From Candidatus Enterousia sp. (GTDB taxonomy: Bacteria > Pseudomonadota > Alphaproteobacteria > Rs-D84), in NCBI GenBank assembly GCA_045634865.1, contig JAZRBB010000002.1, forward strand, positions 197,162 through 261,161: a DNA stretch of 64,000 nt, given 5' to 3'. This document shows, one piece after another, positions 29,429 through 39,267 of this stretch. How positions within the stretch are numbered: position 1 is the stretch's first letter; each line of letters starts with the position of its first letter. The notes beneath the pieces are model-generated. The model was not told the DNA's origin. It made no database searches and saw nothing but the letters and a program-made list of their open reading frames with translations. Made by a program: the position numbers and the translations under genes.

Positions 29429-29443
29429 ACAACACATTAATTA

Positions 29444-29995
29444 TTATATTTTATTTGCGACTTTCTTTGCAACCTTGGTCACATTTAGAACTTTGCTTTT
29501 CAGATTTTTCAATCCTTTGGCCAAATCAGTCTCTTCTGCTGGCCCTATTTTTTCAGGTTTTACCGCAGAACAACAAAACGGACATTTCTTTGCTAACTTA
29601 CTGATTGATTGCTGGCAATACGGACACGCACGTGTTGTCACAGGCGCTTTGCTGCGCGCAGAATTCACAACCTTTACAAAAATAAATATCGCAACCATTG
29701 TTATAATAAAACTGATAACAGTATTCAGAAACGTCCCAATGTTCAATGTAGTTGCACCCGCAGCCTGAGCAGCAGCAATCGTTGTGTAATGCGCCCCTGC
29801 TTCACCACCACCAAGCACATAAAACCATTGTGAAAAATCAACATTACCCACCAAAAGCCCCACAGGTGGCATAATAACATCTTTGACCAAAGAATTAACA
29901 ACACTGGTCATCACAGACCCAACGATGATACCGACAGCCATATCAATCGCACTGCCCTTGTTAATAAATACCTTGAATTCTTTAACTATTTTCAT
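29444..29995 (-). CDS. mscL: Large-conductance mechanosensitive channel MscL with a C-terminal Cys4 zinc-ribbon extension
   Basis: The first ~115 aa align to MscL (MKIVKEFKVFINKGSAIDMAVGIIVGS...IMPPVGLL...). The C-terminal ~65 aa contain CPYCQQSISKLAKKCPFCC. Confidence 0.85.
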   Translation of the reverse strand: MKIVKEFKVFINKGSAIDMAVGIIVGSVMTSVVNSLVKDVIMPPVGLLVGNVDFSQWFYVLGGGEAGAHYTTIAAAQAAGATTLNIGTFLNTVISFIITMVAIFIFVKVVNSARSKAPVTTRACPYCQQSISKLAKKCPFCCSAVKPEKIGPAEETDLAKGLKNLKSKVLNVTKVAKKVANKI

Positions 29996-30557
29996 TTTTG
30001 TTTTCTCCTTGTTTCTTTACGTGGTTTTCTATTGCACACAACACCTTGTTCAGTGTTTTGTGAATATTCTCGTCTTTGGTTTCAACCATCATGTCTGCCA
30101 AAGCATAAATATCATAACGTTCTTTTATCAACTGAGCCAAAATTTGACGACTGTCTGTGTTTAATAACTGTGGACGGGTATGACGAAAATTTGTCCTTTT
30201 TACAAGGAGTTCTAGGTCAGCTTTTAACCAAATTGTTAACGTGTTGTCCAAAACCATTTTACGCACTGTATCGGTTATAAACGCCCCCTCACCCGTAGAG
30301 ATAACCTTTACCAACGGTGGTGTTTCAAGCAATCTTTCGATAACTTTTTCTTCTACACGTCTGAACTCTTTTTCGCCATACAAAGAAAAAATATCAACCA
30401 CGCTACAACCTGCGGCCTTTTCAATTTCTTTATCAGAATCAACAAATGGAATACCTAAATAACGCGCCAAAGCACGACCTATACTGGTCTTGCCTGCACC
30501 CATCAAGCCAACCATAACGATTGGTTTATCTATATCGATTTGTCTTTTTATTCTCAT
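29982..30557 (-). CDS. aroK: Shikimate kinase
   Basis: Walker A IVMVGLMGAGKTSIGRALARYLGIPFVDSD. ~190 aa. Confidence 0.85.
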   Translation of the reverse strand: MRIKRQIDIDKPIVMVGLMGAGKTSIGRALARYLGIPFVDSDKEIEKAAGCSVVDIFSLYGEKEFRRVEEKVIERLLETPPLVKVISTGEGAFITDTVRKMVLDNTLTIWLKADLELLVKRTNFRHTRPQLLNTDSRQILAQLIKERYDIYALADMMVETKDENIHKTLNKVLCAIENHVKKQGENKNENS

Positions 30558-30601
30558 GTTTTAACATTTTACCACAAATATTAAACCAGACAATAAAAAA
30601 T

Positions 30602-31666
30602 TCAATCCAAAGCCGCCAATCTTTCCAATTGATCAGCACTAATCAATGCATCTATCATTTCATCCAGACCTTCGCCACCCGCCAAAATGTCGTCCAATTT
30701 GTACAGCGTCAATTTAATACGGTGGTCTGTGACACGCTGTTCAGGGAAATTATAAGTTCGGATTTTTTCACTTCTGTCGCCAGAGCCAACCATACTACGA
30801 CGCGATGCATTAGAAGCATTTATTTGCTCATTACGTTGCTTTTCGTACAAACGCGAACGCAATACCGCCATAGCGGTTGCCTTGTTCTGTAATTGCGAAC
30901 GTTCGTTTTGACATGTCACGACAATACCGGTCGGAAAGTGCGTTATACGTATTGCAGAATCTGTTTTATTGACGTGCTGACCACCTGCCCCAGACGCGCG
31001 GAAAATATCAATACGAATATCTTTTTCATCAATTACAACATCAACATCTTGCGCTTCGGGCATAACCGCAACAGATGCTGCAGATGTATGAATACGCCCT
31101 GCTGCCTCTGTTTCAGGAACACGTTGCACACGATGAATCCCAGATTCGAATTTCAATCTGGCATACGCACCATGTCCATCAACCTTGAAAATAATTTCTT
31201 TATACCCACGAAGTGAGGTTGCATTTTCTTCGATAATCTCTATCTGCCATCCATGACGTAATGCATAAGATTGATATTGTCTGAACAAATCACCAGCAAA
31301 CAAAGCCGACTCTTCTCCACCAACACCGGCACGAATTTCCACAATGGCGCTGTTATCGTCTGCGCTGTCGCGTGGTAAAAGAGCAATCTGTAAATCACGT
31401 TCCAAGTCTGGCAAAGTATGCTTCAGTTCATTTAATTGTTCTTCGGCTATGCCTTTTAATTCAGGGTCTGCCAGCATTTCATTTGCGTCTTTGATGCCCT
31501 GCTGGGTTTGCAAGTATTTGTTTATCAACGGCAAAACTTCTGATAATTGTGAATACTCTTTGGATAAACGCGTCAATTCATCGCCAGATATTTCGCCAGA
31601 ATTCATTTTGGTTTCAATATCTTTGGCGCGCGCAATAATATCCAACAACTTTTGTTCAATAATCAT
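30602..31666 (-). CDS. prfA: Peptide chain release factor 1
   Basis: GGQ motif ([19 protein letters not shown]) and the RF1-type PxT tripeptide ([15 protein letters not shown]). Confidence 0.9.
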   Translation of the reverse strand: MIIEQKLLDIIARAKDIETKMNSGEISGDELTRLSKEYSQLSEVLPLINKYLQTQQGIKDANEMLADPELKGIAEEQLNELKHTLPDLERDLQIALLPRDSADDNSAIVEIRAGVGGEESALFAGDLFRQYQSYALRHGWQIEIIEENATSLRGYKEIIFKVDGHGAYARLKFESGIHRVQRVPETEAAGRIHTSAASVAVMPEAQDVDVVIDEKDIRIDIFRASGAGGQHVNKTDSAIRITHFPTGIVVTCQNERSQLQNKATAMAVLRSRLYEKQRNEQINASNASRRSMVGSGDRSEKIRTYNFPEQRVTDHRIKLTLYKLDDILAGGEGLDEMIDALISADQLERLAALD

Positions 31667-31667
31667 A

Positions 31668-32960
31668 TTATTTCACCTTTACTTTTTGGACAATGTCATC
31701 AAACGCGACAGATTCTTGAACACCAGACTCCATATTTTTCAGCGCGACAACTTTATTTGCAACCTCATCATCGCCAATGATAATGCTGTACTTTGCACCG
31801 ATTTTATCAGCATATTCAATTTGATTCTTGAATTTCTTGTCAGTATCCAAATACGGCACAGCAACAATGCCATCTGCGCGCAATTTTGCAACCAATTCCA
31901 TAGCATACGAAACATTTTGCTGTCCCATAACCAACACAGCCACATCAACAATGTTTGCAAATTTTGATAAATCGATTTTATTATCTTCTAATAATGCAAC
32001 CAACATTCTTGAAATACCAACAGAACCACCTATGCCGACAATTTTTGTCTTGGAAAATTTGGACACCAAATTTTCATATCGACCACCACCCCCAACTGCT
32101 GGTATTTCTGGAAAGTTATCCAAGAAAAATTCAAACACTATGCCAGTATAATAAGAATGTCCACGCATTATTGAAACATCAACAACAGCATTATTAACAC
32201 CCATTGTTTTTAACATTTCTATTAAATTATCCAGCTCTGCGATTGATTCTGCCAACTTTTCAGATTTAGACGCAAATGATTTATAACCAGATACAAATAC
32301 ATCTTCTATAACATCTGCTTTCTGTTCACCAATTATTTCAATCAAAGCATCCTTAAAATCTGCAATTTTATCGCGTTTATCAATCAAAATGAAGGTTTCG
32401 CGACTTTGCTTGTCATCTAATTCCAGATATTCAAACATTGCATTCCAAAACTTACGATTCCCAATTTTAATTGTCACCGGACCAATAAATTCTTGTACAG
32501 ATTTATATACTTGTGCCAAAGTCGCAATAATTTCCACTTCGTAATTCAATGACAAATTATCAATTCCCATAATGTCAATGTCCATCTGCCAAAATTCACG
32601 ATAGCGACCACGTTGTGGACGTTCTCCGCGATAATTTCTCGCAAATTGATATGCACGAAAAGGAAAAGTCAAATTATTCAAATGCCCAGCGATATAACGT
32701 GCTAAACCGACAGTTCCGTCATAGCGCAAGCCCATTTTTGTATCACCTTTTTGGAACAAGAACATTTGAGTTTCTATTTCATCCCAGTTTTCTTTATCAC
32801 TTAATACCTCTGCCCGTTCAATTGCCGGCAAATCAAGACGATTGAAACCTGCGTTTTTCAACACATTCTGCATACGTTGCGCACAATAATCAAAACAACG
32901 CTGTTGCGCAGGCAACAATTCTATAAATCCAGTCAAAGGTTTTGTTGGTTTCAAATCCAT
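31668..32960 (-). CDS. hisS: Histidyl-tRNA synthetase
   Basis: Class II motif 2 region [23 protein letters not shown]-terminal anticodon-binding domain. 430 aa. Confidence 0.88.
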   Translation of the reverse strand: MDLKPTKPLTGFIELLPAQQRCFDYCAQRMQNVLKNAGFNRLDLPAIERAEVLSDKENWDEIETQMFLFQKGDTKMGLRYDGTVGLARYIAGHLNNLTFPFRAYQFARNYRGERPQRGRYREFWQMDIDIMGIDNLSLNYEVEIIATLAQVYKSVQEFIGPVTIKIGNRKFWNAMFEYLELDDKQSRETFILIDKRDKIADFKDALIEIIGEQKADVIEDVFVSGYKSFASKSEKLAESIAELDNLIEMLKTMGVNNAVVDVSIMRGHSYYTGIVFEFFLDNFPEIPAVGGGGRYENLVSKFSKTKIVGIGGSVGISRMLVALLEDNKIDLSKFANIVDVAVLVMGQQNVSYAMELVAKLRADGIVAVPYLDTDKKFKNQIEYADKIGAKYSIIIGDDEVANKVVALKNMESGVQESVAFDDIVQKVKVK

Positions 32961-33164
32961 TTTTTCCGCCCCTTGGTTAAATCAGTAAATCTATATCGTT
33001 TTTATAACGACAATTATATCATAACAAATATAAAAATGCTAGAGACGCACGCCACACGCGGCGTGATGTAAAAAAGATGAAAAAGATACAAATTTGTTAT
33101 TCATCATGTCCTAATTATACCAGTTCTTTTCTATTTTGCAACAAATTTTGATACAACTTAGAAT

Positions 33165-33345
33165 AAGTTCCCCACCCATGGCGGGGTGGCACGAAGTGCC
33201 GGGGCGGGTATTCTGGTGTATTCGTAATAACGAACGGGTGGAACAAAACTTTATCCACCCCTCCCCGTCTTGATGTTCGCTATGCTCTCATCAATCCACC
33301 CCGCCCAAGGCGGGGAACTTACTCTCATTCTTGAAACACCTCCTT
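33165..33345. repeat. GC-rich palindromic element, copy A (homologous to 59250-59425)
   Basis: Shared blocks cccatggcgggg, gggtattcYggtgt, gaacg..tggaacaa, cccctcYccgtcttg, caatccacccc. Internal palindromes ccccRcccatggcgggg and gggtgg..ccaccc. Confidence 0.7.
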
Positions 33346-33396
33346 CCCCAGCTACGTCGATACTCCCCCAAAAGTGAGAATTGCTATATCACTGAA

Positions 33397-33425
33397 AAAT
33401 AAAAAGTCCCCTTTTTTTGAGGGGA
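33397..33425. terminator. Bidirectional terminator downstream of the 33431 gene
   Basis: aaaaagtcccctTTTTTTgaggggac is a hairpin with flanking A and T runs. Confidence 0.65.
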
Positions 33426-33430
33426 CATAA

Positions 33431-34525
33431 TTATCTGCGCATACCGACAGTAAATTCATCGCCCCAATCAGCAATCTTTTGTCCACCAACCGTGCAATTC
33501 AATGCGTCAAACCCTTTTTCAACCTGACTTTTCTTGATAAGAACACCAGACACAACACCACCGACAGTTCCTAATACTACACCCGCGGTCAAGTCAGATG
33601 CCAAGCGAACACCATTGAAAGAGCCATCTGCATTTTTCCAAACACTTTTATCAGAATCCACTTTGCTGAAAAACTCTTTCAATCTTGCATGTGCCGCGCT
33701 AATTTTTTTAGAATCAGTATTTGCATTTTTATCTGTATCAGCCACAACACGAGCACTTGATGTATCAGGTGTTTCCACAGAAACATCACTAAAATTGACA
33801 GATGCTATCGAAGTCCCTTTACATATACTGTCAATTTTATCTTTATATTTAAGCTCTATTTTTCTGGCTATTTTTTCTGCATCGTCATTTTTATCAATTT
33901 TAAGATTATCTACCCTGAAAGAGCCGGTCTTTCCGTTATCACACCTAACTGTGATATCGCCTACAAATTCACAATCGCCATTTTCACACACTGTCCCCTG
34001 GGGAACATTACACGTTTCACAAAAACATCCGACAAAAGCTTTACCACCACTCATTTTGACAACACTGGTTGGTTTTAGCATTTTGTTAGCCTCAATATAA
34101 TCTACAATCTTTGGTTTACAAATTCCGTCACCAGCACAATTCTTTTCACATTTTTTCATTGCTTCTGCTTCTGAATAACAATAGCCTAAAATACGCGCAT
34201 TTTGGGTTTTAGAAACATCATATTTGGTTTCAAACACCAATGGCATTACTTGACCATCAGGACACTTTCTAGCAACGCAACGCAATTCACCACTATTAAA
34301 TTTTTTGCAAACACCGTCTTGCCCTGCACCATTTCCATCTTGCTCACAATCCTGGTCTACTTTTTTACAAGTAGGTTTTAATTCAACTTTTTTGTATTTA
34401 ATCCATGGACAAACATCATCATCATTTGATGTCAAACCAGATTGCACAGTTTCTGCATTGGAATCCTGGGCGACAACGCCACCAAATATAACCATCACAG
34501 ACAAAATAGAAATAAACTTCTTCAT
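33431..34525 (-). CDS. Hypothetical secreted Cys-rich protein with conserved C-terminal module (shared with 34675-36675)
   Basis: Signal peptide MKKFISILSVMVIFGGVVAQ. Many Cys. The C-terminal ~85 aa are nearly identical to the paralog downstream. Confidence 0.65.
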   Translation of the reverse strand: MKKFISILSVMVIFGGVVAQDSNAETVQSGLTSNDDDVCPWIKYKKVELKPTCKKVDQDCEQDGNGAGQDGVCKKFNSGELRCVARKCPDGQVMPLVFETKYDVSKTQNARILGYCYSEAEAMKKCEKNCAGDGICKPKIVDYIEANKMLKPTSVVKMSGGKAFVGCFCETCNVPQGTVCENGDCEFVGDITVRCDNGKTGSFRVDNLKIDKNDDAEKIARKIELKYKDKIDSICKGTSIASVNFSDVSVETPDTSSARVVADTDKNANTDSKKISAAHARLKEFFSKVDSDKSVWKNADGSFNGVRLASDLTAGVVLGTVGGVVSGVLIKKSQVEKGFDALNCTVGGQKIADWGDEFTVGMRR

Positions 34526-34640
34526 GATACTACCTCTTTATAAATATCACTATGGTGCGCATTGTAGCATAAAAATAATCAAATACAAATTTTTTTGATT
34601 TAACATATTCAGTTCAACAAACATCTATGCCTCAAAAAAC

Positions 34641-34658
34641 AGCCTCGAAAGAGGCTGT
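34641..34658 (-). terminator. Terminator hairpin downstream of the 34675 gene
   Basis: cagcctcTTTCgaggctg followed by a T-run on the minus strand. Confidence 0.6.
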
Positions 34659-34674
34659 TTGTATGGTACTAGCA

Positions 34675-36675
34675 TTATCTGCGCAGACCGACACTGAATT
34701 CATCACCCCAATCAGCAACTTTCTGCCCATTAATGGTGCAATTCAAAGCATCAAATCCTTTTTCAACTTGGCTTTTCTTGATTAACACACCAGATACAAC
34801 ACCACCAACCGTGCCCAATACTACACCCGCAGTCAAATCAGATGCCAAGCGCACACCATTGAATGAACCATCTGCATTTTTCCAAACACTTTTATCAGAA
34901 TTCACTTTGCTGAAAAACGCATCAAGATTTGACTTTGCCTTGGTTAATCGCTCTACTTTTCTGCGTTGTTCTTCGGCATCTTCTTGTTTTGGCAGTTTGT
35001 CTGCGTCATCATCTTGGATGTCATTTGAACAATTCTTATCTGCCAATTTCTTTGCCATATCTGCATTACCTGCAAATTTTTTATTAAAGTCTGCACAAGT
35101 AAGCCCATTTAGATCTTCCTTGCTCAAATTGATTTCCATACTGATTCCTTTGGAACAAGCAATCGTATATTTACACCCAGCAACAACATCAGACTTTTCA
35201 ACACATCTTGCAGCATTCCAAGTCTTAGTATCATCAGGCAACTGTGTTTCAGGAACAACACAATAACAACTACCATTATCTATATCACCAGTCCATTTTG
35301 TGTTTTTACCTGCTTTACAACACGCTAAACGTTTAGGATGTCCAGCATATAAATCATTACAAGTTTTCTTTGCACCCGGCTGTTCGTTATCTGGTTGTTC
35401 ATTTTTCGGTGTCGTCTTCTTGGCATTAGGATCAGGAACACAATCATTATTTTCCCATTTCATACCAGGATCTATACATCTCCATTTCCAACATGGTACA
35501 GTATGTCCGTTTTCCGTTTCCCAAAATGCAACAGGTTCATAATGAGCACCCTTTGCAGGAAAATTATACTTGACACCTCCTTCCTTGCACCAGCGAAGTT
35601 CTGGATCAGACCAATCATCATCCATTCCTTTGCCTTTCCATCCTTGATCCGTCTTATATACCCCACCCATAGGCCCTTTTTGTACACAATAATTGATATA
35701 ACCAAATTTATTACTGTGTATAGCGCGACCAATAGCCAGATTTTCCGTATAAGGCCCCATCAAAGCAGCATTTCCATCCGTAACATTACAACAATGTGTC
35801 CACTGCGGGTAAACATCGCTTTTTACACAATCAGACTGAGAAGCAACACGGGTCAGCATTAAACCACCACCAATCGCCGCACCAACACCAATTGCAACAC
35901 CATATCCAACTTGGCCGGCCATAGGAATCGCATTCAACGCCATTGCTATACCCCCCGCAGCCTTTGCGCCCCCCACAGCACCTTTAAATACACCAGACGC
36001 ACCAACTTCACCCTCTTCAAGGAAAGTATTTTTTACATCGTCTAAACCCTCTTTCTCAAGCATCAAACCCATACCAACTTGCAATGCCTGTCCAGCTGTT
36101 ATTTTCCCCACACCCTCATAACCAATCTTCTGTGCGATTCCACCAGTACCACCACCTGCCGCACCGGCACCAGATGCACCACCTGCTGTACCACCGCTCA
36201 TACGCTCTTTGGCTATTTTTTCAGCATATTTATTTGCTTTATCCAATTCTTCTAACTTATATGTTTTTATATTCTCACCTTTTGCACTAATTTGATTACC
36301 TGCTTGATCATAAAATCTATTTCCTTTCTTTGTTAATTTTTCCATGGCACCCGTTTCTCTGTTAACACCCCAATGAGTATTTGTAGCTGCAGTATTTGCA
36401 CTTGGCGTCGCAGAGGGTGTTGAATTTGGTATTGACGGTTCCAATTTAGGAGTAAGATTTTTAGTAAAGTCTGGGTCTATAAGATCCGCCTCTTTTATTG
36501 CAGAACCCATTTTATCTACGAATTTGCCCTCTGGAGTCATATACACGTCTCTTAAATAATTTTCGCCATCTGTCGAGGGTGCATAATATTTTGTTAACTG
36601 CCAATCTGAAACAGCAGACACAGCAGGACTAATTCCAAACACAATTACAGATAACATAAAAAGTATTTTTTTCAT
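34675..36675 (-). CDS. Hypothetical secreted protein with a Gly-rich glycine-zipper region, Cys-rich domain and conserved C-terminal module
   Basis: Signal peptide MKKILFMLSVIVFGISPAVSA (start at 36675, RBS AGAAGGGA). GGTAGGASGAGAAGGGTGG...GVAIGVGAAIGGG region. C-terminus paralogous to 33431-33700. Confidence 0.65.
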   Translation of the reverse strand: MKKILFMLSVIVFGISPAVSAVSDWQLTKYYAPSTDGENYLRDVYMTPEGKFVDKMGSAIKEADLIDPDFTKNLTPKLEPSIPNSTPSATPSANTAATNTHWGVNRETGAMEKLTKKGNRFYDQAGNQISAKGENIKTYKLEELDKANKYAEKIAKERMSGGTAGGASGAGAAGGGTGGIAQKIGYEGVGKITAGQALQVGMGLMLEKEGLDDVKNTFLEEGEVGASGVFKGAVGGAKAAGGIAMALNAIPMAGQVGYGVAIGVGAAIGGGLMLTRVASQSDCVKSDVYPQWTHCCNVTDGNAALMGPYTENLAIGRAIHSNKFGYINYCVQKGPMGGVYKTDQGWKGKGMDDDWSDPELRWCKEGGVKYNFPAKGAHYEPVAFWETENGHTVPCWKWRCIDPGMKWENNDCVPDPNAKKTTPKNEQPDNEQPGAKKTCNDLYAGHPKRLACCKAGKNTKWTGDIDNGSCYCVVPETQLPDDTKTWNAARCVEKSDVVAGCKYTIACSKGISMEINLSKEDLNGLTCADFNKKFAGNADMAKKLADKNCSNDIQDDDADKLPKQEDAEEQRRKVERLTKAKSNLDAFFSKVNSDKSVWKNADGSFNGVRLASDLTAGVVLGTVGGVVSGVLIKKSQVEKGFDALNCTINGQKVADWGDEFSVGLRR

Positions 36676-36751
36676 GATTTTTTCCCTTCTTTTCAATTTA
36701 TTCATGTATCTTATTTTATCATAACACACACACTAAAAAAAGCGTTTTTTA

Positions 36752-37456
36752 TTAAAAATATGTATGCAAATTGCAACCGTTTTGGTTCAGCCATCTTTTC
36801 GCCCTTTCCACACCAAAGCCATATAACTTTGATACAGTTGCCCAAAATTCAGGCGAATGATTCATATGTTCCCTATGCGCCAATTCATGCATTACTACAT
36901 ATCGCATTACTTCGTATGGTGCAAAAGCCAATCGCCAAGAAAACGACATATTCCCATTTGATGAACACGAACCCCAACGCGTTGTTGTATCACGCAAAGA
37001 AATATTTTTCGGCCAATATTGTTTTGGCGTTGTTCTGATAATACTTTTAATTTCTGCCAATAATTCAGACTTTATAAAATCACGCACACGCCGTTCGAAC
37101 ATATCAATTCCGCCACCGATACATAATACTGTTTTATCATCGTTCATATATTTGTTCGACCGCATGCCTGAATCATGTACCAGCCTGACCGTCCGTCCCA
37201 AAAATTCGATTGTATCATTTGGTTTCAGGTGTTCTTTGCGTGGCGCACGCGCAAAAATACTTTCTATCCATTTGCGTTTAGATTCTAAAAACTTCATAAC
37301 AAACGCAGTTGATGTCAGCCAAGGCTTGGATATATGTATTTCCAAATGCGGTGTTGTCTTTGGGCGCAGAGTCACATTACGCGCACCGCGTCGTGTTTCT
37401 ATGACAACAGGAACCTGACATCCCGACGACAAAGTAAAGAAATTATCAGACGACAT
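36752..37456 (-). CDS. YgjP/DUF45-family zinc metallohydrolase (HExxH)
   Basis: C-terminal YVVMHELAHREHMNHSPEFW motif. ~234 aa. Confidence 0.65.
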   Translation of the reverse strand: MSSDNFFTLSSGCQVPVVIETRRGARNVTLRPKTTPHLEIHISKPWLTSTAFVMKFLESKRKWIESIFARAPRKEHLKPNDTIEFLGRTVRLVHDSGMRSNKYMNDDKTVLCIGGGIDMFERRVRDFIKSELLAEIKSIIRTTPKQYWPKNISLRDTTTRWGSCSSNGNMSFSWRLAFAPYEVMRYVVMHELAHREHMNHSPEFWATVSKLYGFGVERAKRWLNQNGCNLHTYF

Positions 37457-39231
37457 TATTTTATATACTGCTTTATTTCACTAATAATTTTATCTGGATT
37501 AAAACCATATTCATTATACAAAGTATCCGCATCACCAGACGCACCAAAAGAATCAATTCCAATCACGGCATCTGCAATCTCGAACCAATTTCCTGGCGCA
37601 GCCGCTTCGATAGCAATTACACAGCCAGGCAAGATTTGGTTTTTGTATTTATCATCTTGGTTGCGGAATATTTCCATATTTAACATAGACGCAACCTGAA
37701 CATTTCTGAAACGCGATGCAATATCCACAGCCAATGGAACCTCGCTACCTGTTGCAATAATAGTCGTTTTTGCGTGGCCAGATTTCGCAGGATAAATTAC
37801 ATAAGCCCCACGCGACAAATCCGCATCAGTTGGTGTTGGAATCTGTCTGAATTTTTGACGCGATAATATAATCGCAGACGGATGTTCCGTATCTGCAATA
37901 GATACATTCCAAGCATATGCAACCTCTGTCATATTACAAGGGCGATAAACCATTAAATTCGGTATTAAACGTAATGACGGCAACTGTTCAATTGGCTGAT
38001 GCGTTGGCCCATCTTCGCCAACACAAATACTGTCATGCGAAAAAACATATATTGCTGGCAATTTAGACAAAGCCGCCAAACGAATCGCAGGTTTCATATA
38101 ATCGCTGAACGCCAAAAACGTAGAACCCACAGGTCGCAACCCACCGACACAGAGCCCGTTCATTATCGCACCCATTGCATGTTCGCGAACACCATAATTG
38201 ATATAATTTCCATCAAAATGATTTGTGCTTATAACCTTCGACACACTGGTTTTAACACGTGTGTTATCTGCCAAATCTGCAGACCCTGTTATTAAATCTG
38301 CACCCTGTTTCATCAACAAATCAAGATATATTCCAGACAATTCACGTGTGGCAATACGTTCTGGGGTCTTTGGCACACGCACGCGATCCAATACGGACAC
38401 AGCCTTGCTAGTTTTTGCGACTGGACGTTCTGAAACAATCGACCATAATTTCAATCCATCATTATCTTGGTTTCTGGAAATCAGACCCAACATCTCACTT
38501 TCTGACAAACCAAAACCATGTGCCTTTGGCGTATTTGCCACAGATGAACCACGTCCCAAAACATTTTTACATTGTATAAACACCGGCATAGTAGATTTTG
38601 TTGCACGATCCAAAGCACGTTCAATTGACGCAATATCATCACCGCGCATAGACATTACATTAAAACCCATCGCACGCATACGCGCATTGACATCAATATC
38701 AGTTTGCGCAACACCGTCTATGCTGATTTTATTATCGTCCCATAAAACGATTAAATTATTCAGATTTAATCGACCTGCCAAAGCCATCGATTCGAACGAT
38801 ACACCCTCCATCAAATCACCATCTGAACACAAACAATATGTTTTCGCACGAATACCGCGTATTTTTTGGGACAGCGCCAAACCAACCGCATTACCAACAC
38901 CCTGCCCCAAAGGGCCAGTTGTTGCATCAACACCATCAATTCCATATTCTGGATGTCCCGGCAAACCGTTGAATTTTCTGAAACTGTGTAAATCGCCAAC
39001 ATCATAGCCTGATAATTTCAACACAGAATATAACAAAGCGCTACCATGCCCAGCCGATAAAACAAATCTATCGATTCCACGACGCAAATAATTTGCAAAA
39101 ATACATGTGATTATTTCAGCCGCATCCAGCACAATTCCAACATGCCCACTTTGTGCAGATAAAATCGCACCCAGCGCGCTTGCACGCACTGCATTAGACA
39201 TCTGTTGTAATTGTTTGGCATTAAACTTCAT
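37456..39231 (-). CDS. tkt: Transketolase
   Basis: N-terminus SGHVGIVLD...DRFVLSAGHGSALLYSVLKLSGY...GHPE...TTGPLGQGVGNAVGLAL is the transketolase TPP-binding signature. 591 aa, which is somewhat short. Confidence 0.8.
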   Translation of the reverse strand: MKFNAKQLQQMSNAVRASALGAILSAQSGHVGIVLDAAEIITCIFANYLRRGIDRFVLSAGHGSALLYSVLKLSGYDVGDLHSFRKFNGLPGHPEYGIDGVDATTGPLGQGVGNAVGLALSQKIRGIRAKTYCLCSDGDLMEGVSFESMALAGRLNLNNLIVLWDDNKISIDGVAQTDIDVNARMRAMGFNVMSMRGDDIASIERALDRATKSTMPVFIQCKNVLGRGSSVANTPKAHGFGLSESEMLGLISRNQDNDGLKLWSIVSERPVAKTSKAVSVLDRVRVPKTPERIATRELSGIYLDLLMKQGADLITGSADLADNTRVKTSVSKVISTNHFDGNYINYGVREHAMGAIMNGLCVGGLRPVGSTFLAFSDYMKPAIRLAALSKLPAIYVFSHDSICVGEDGPTHQPIEQLPSLRLIPNLMVYRPCNMTEVAYAWNVSIADTEHPSAIILSRQKFRQIPTPTDADLSRGAYVIYPAKSGHAKTTIIATGSEVPLAVDIASRFRNVQVASMLNMEIFRNQDDKYKNQILPGCVIAIEAAAPGNWFEIADAVIGIDSFGASGDADTLYNEYGFNPDKIISEIKQYIK

Positions 39232-39267
39232 TTTATGATATTATATCACAAAGAAAGGTGAAATAAA

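Noticed and set aside
27900-29440. Chromosomal replication origin in the long AT-rich ORF-free region
   Set aside because: Only one near-consensus DnaA box (atatccaca at ~27905). No clear cluster of DnaA boxes or TTAA-N7-TTAA CtrA sites was found by eye. Insufficient evidence.
31344-31967. 207-aa ORF on the plus strand
   Set aside because: Lies antisense across the prfA/hisS junction. prfA and hisS have strong family signatures. No RBS and odd composition.
38225-39007. 260-aa ORF on the plus strand
   Set aside because: Entirely antisense to transketolase. Spurious.
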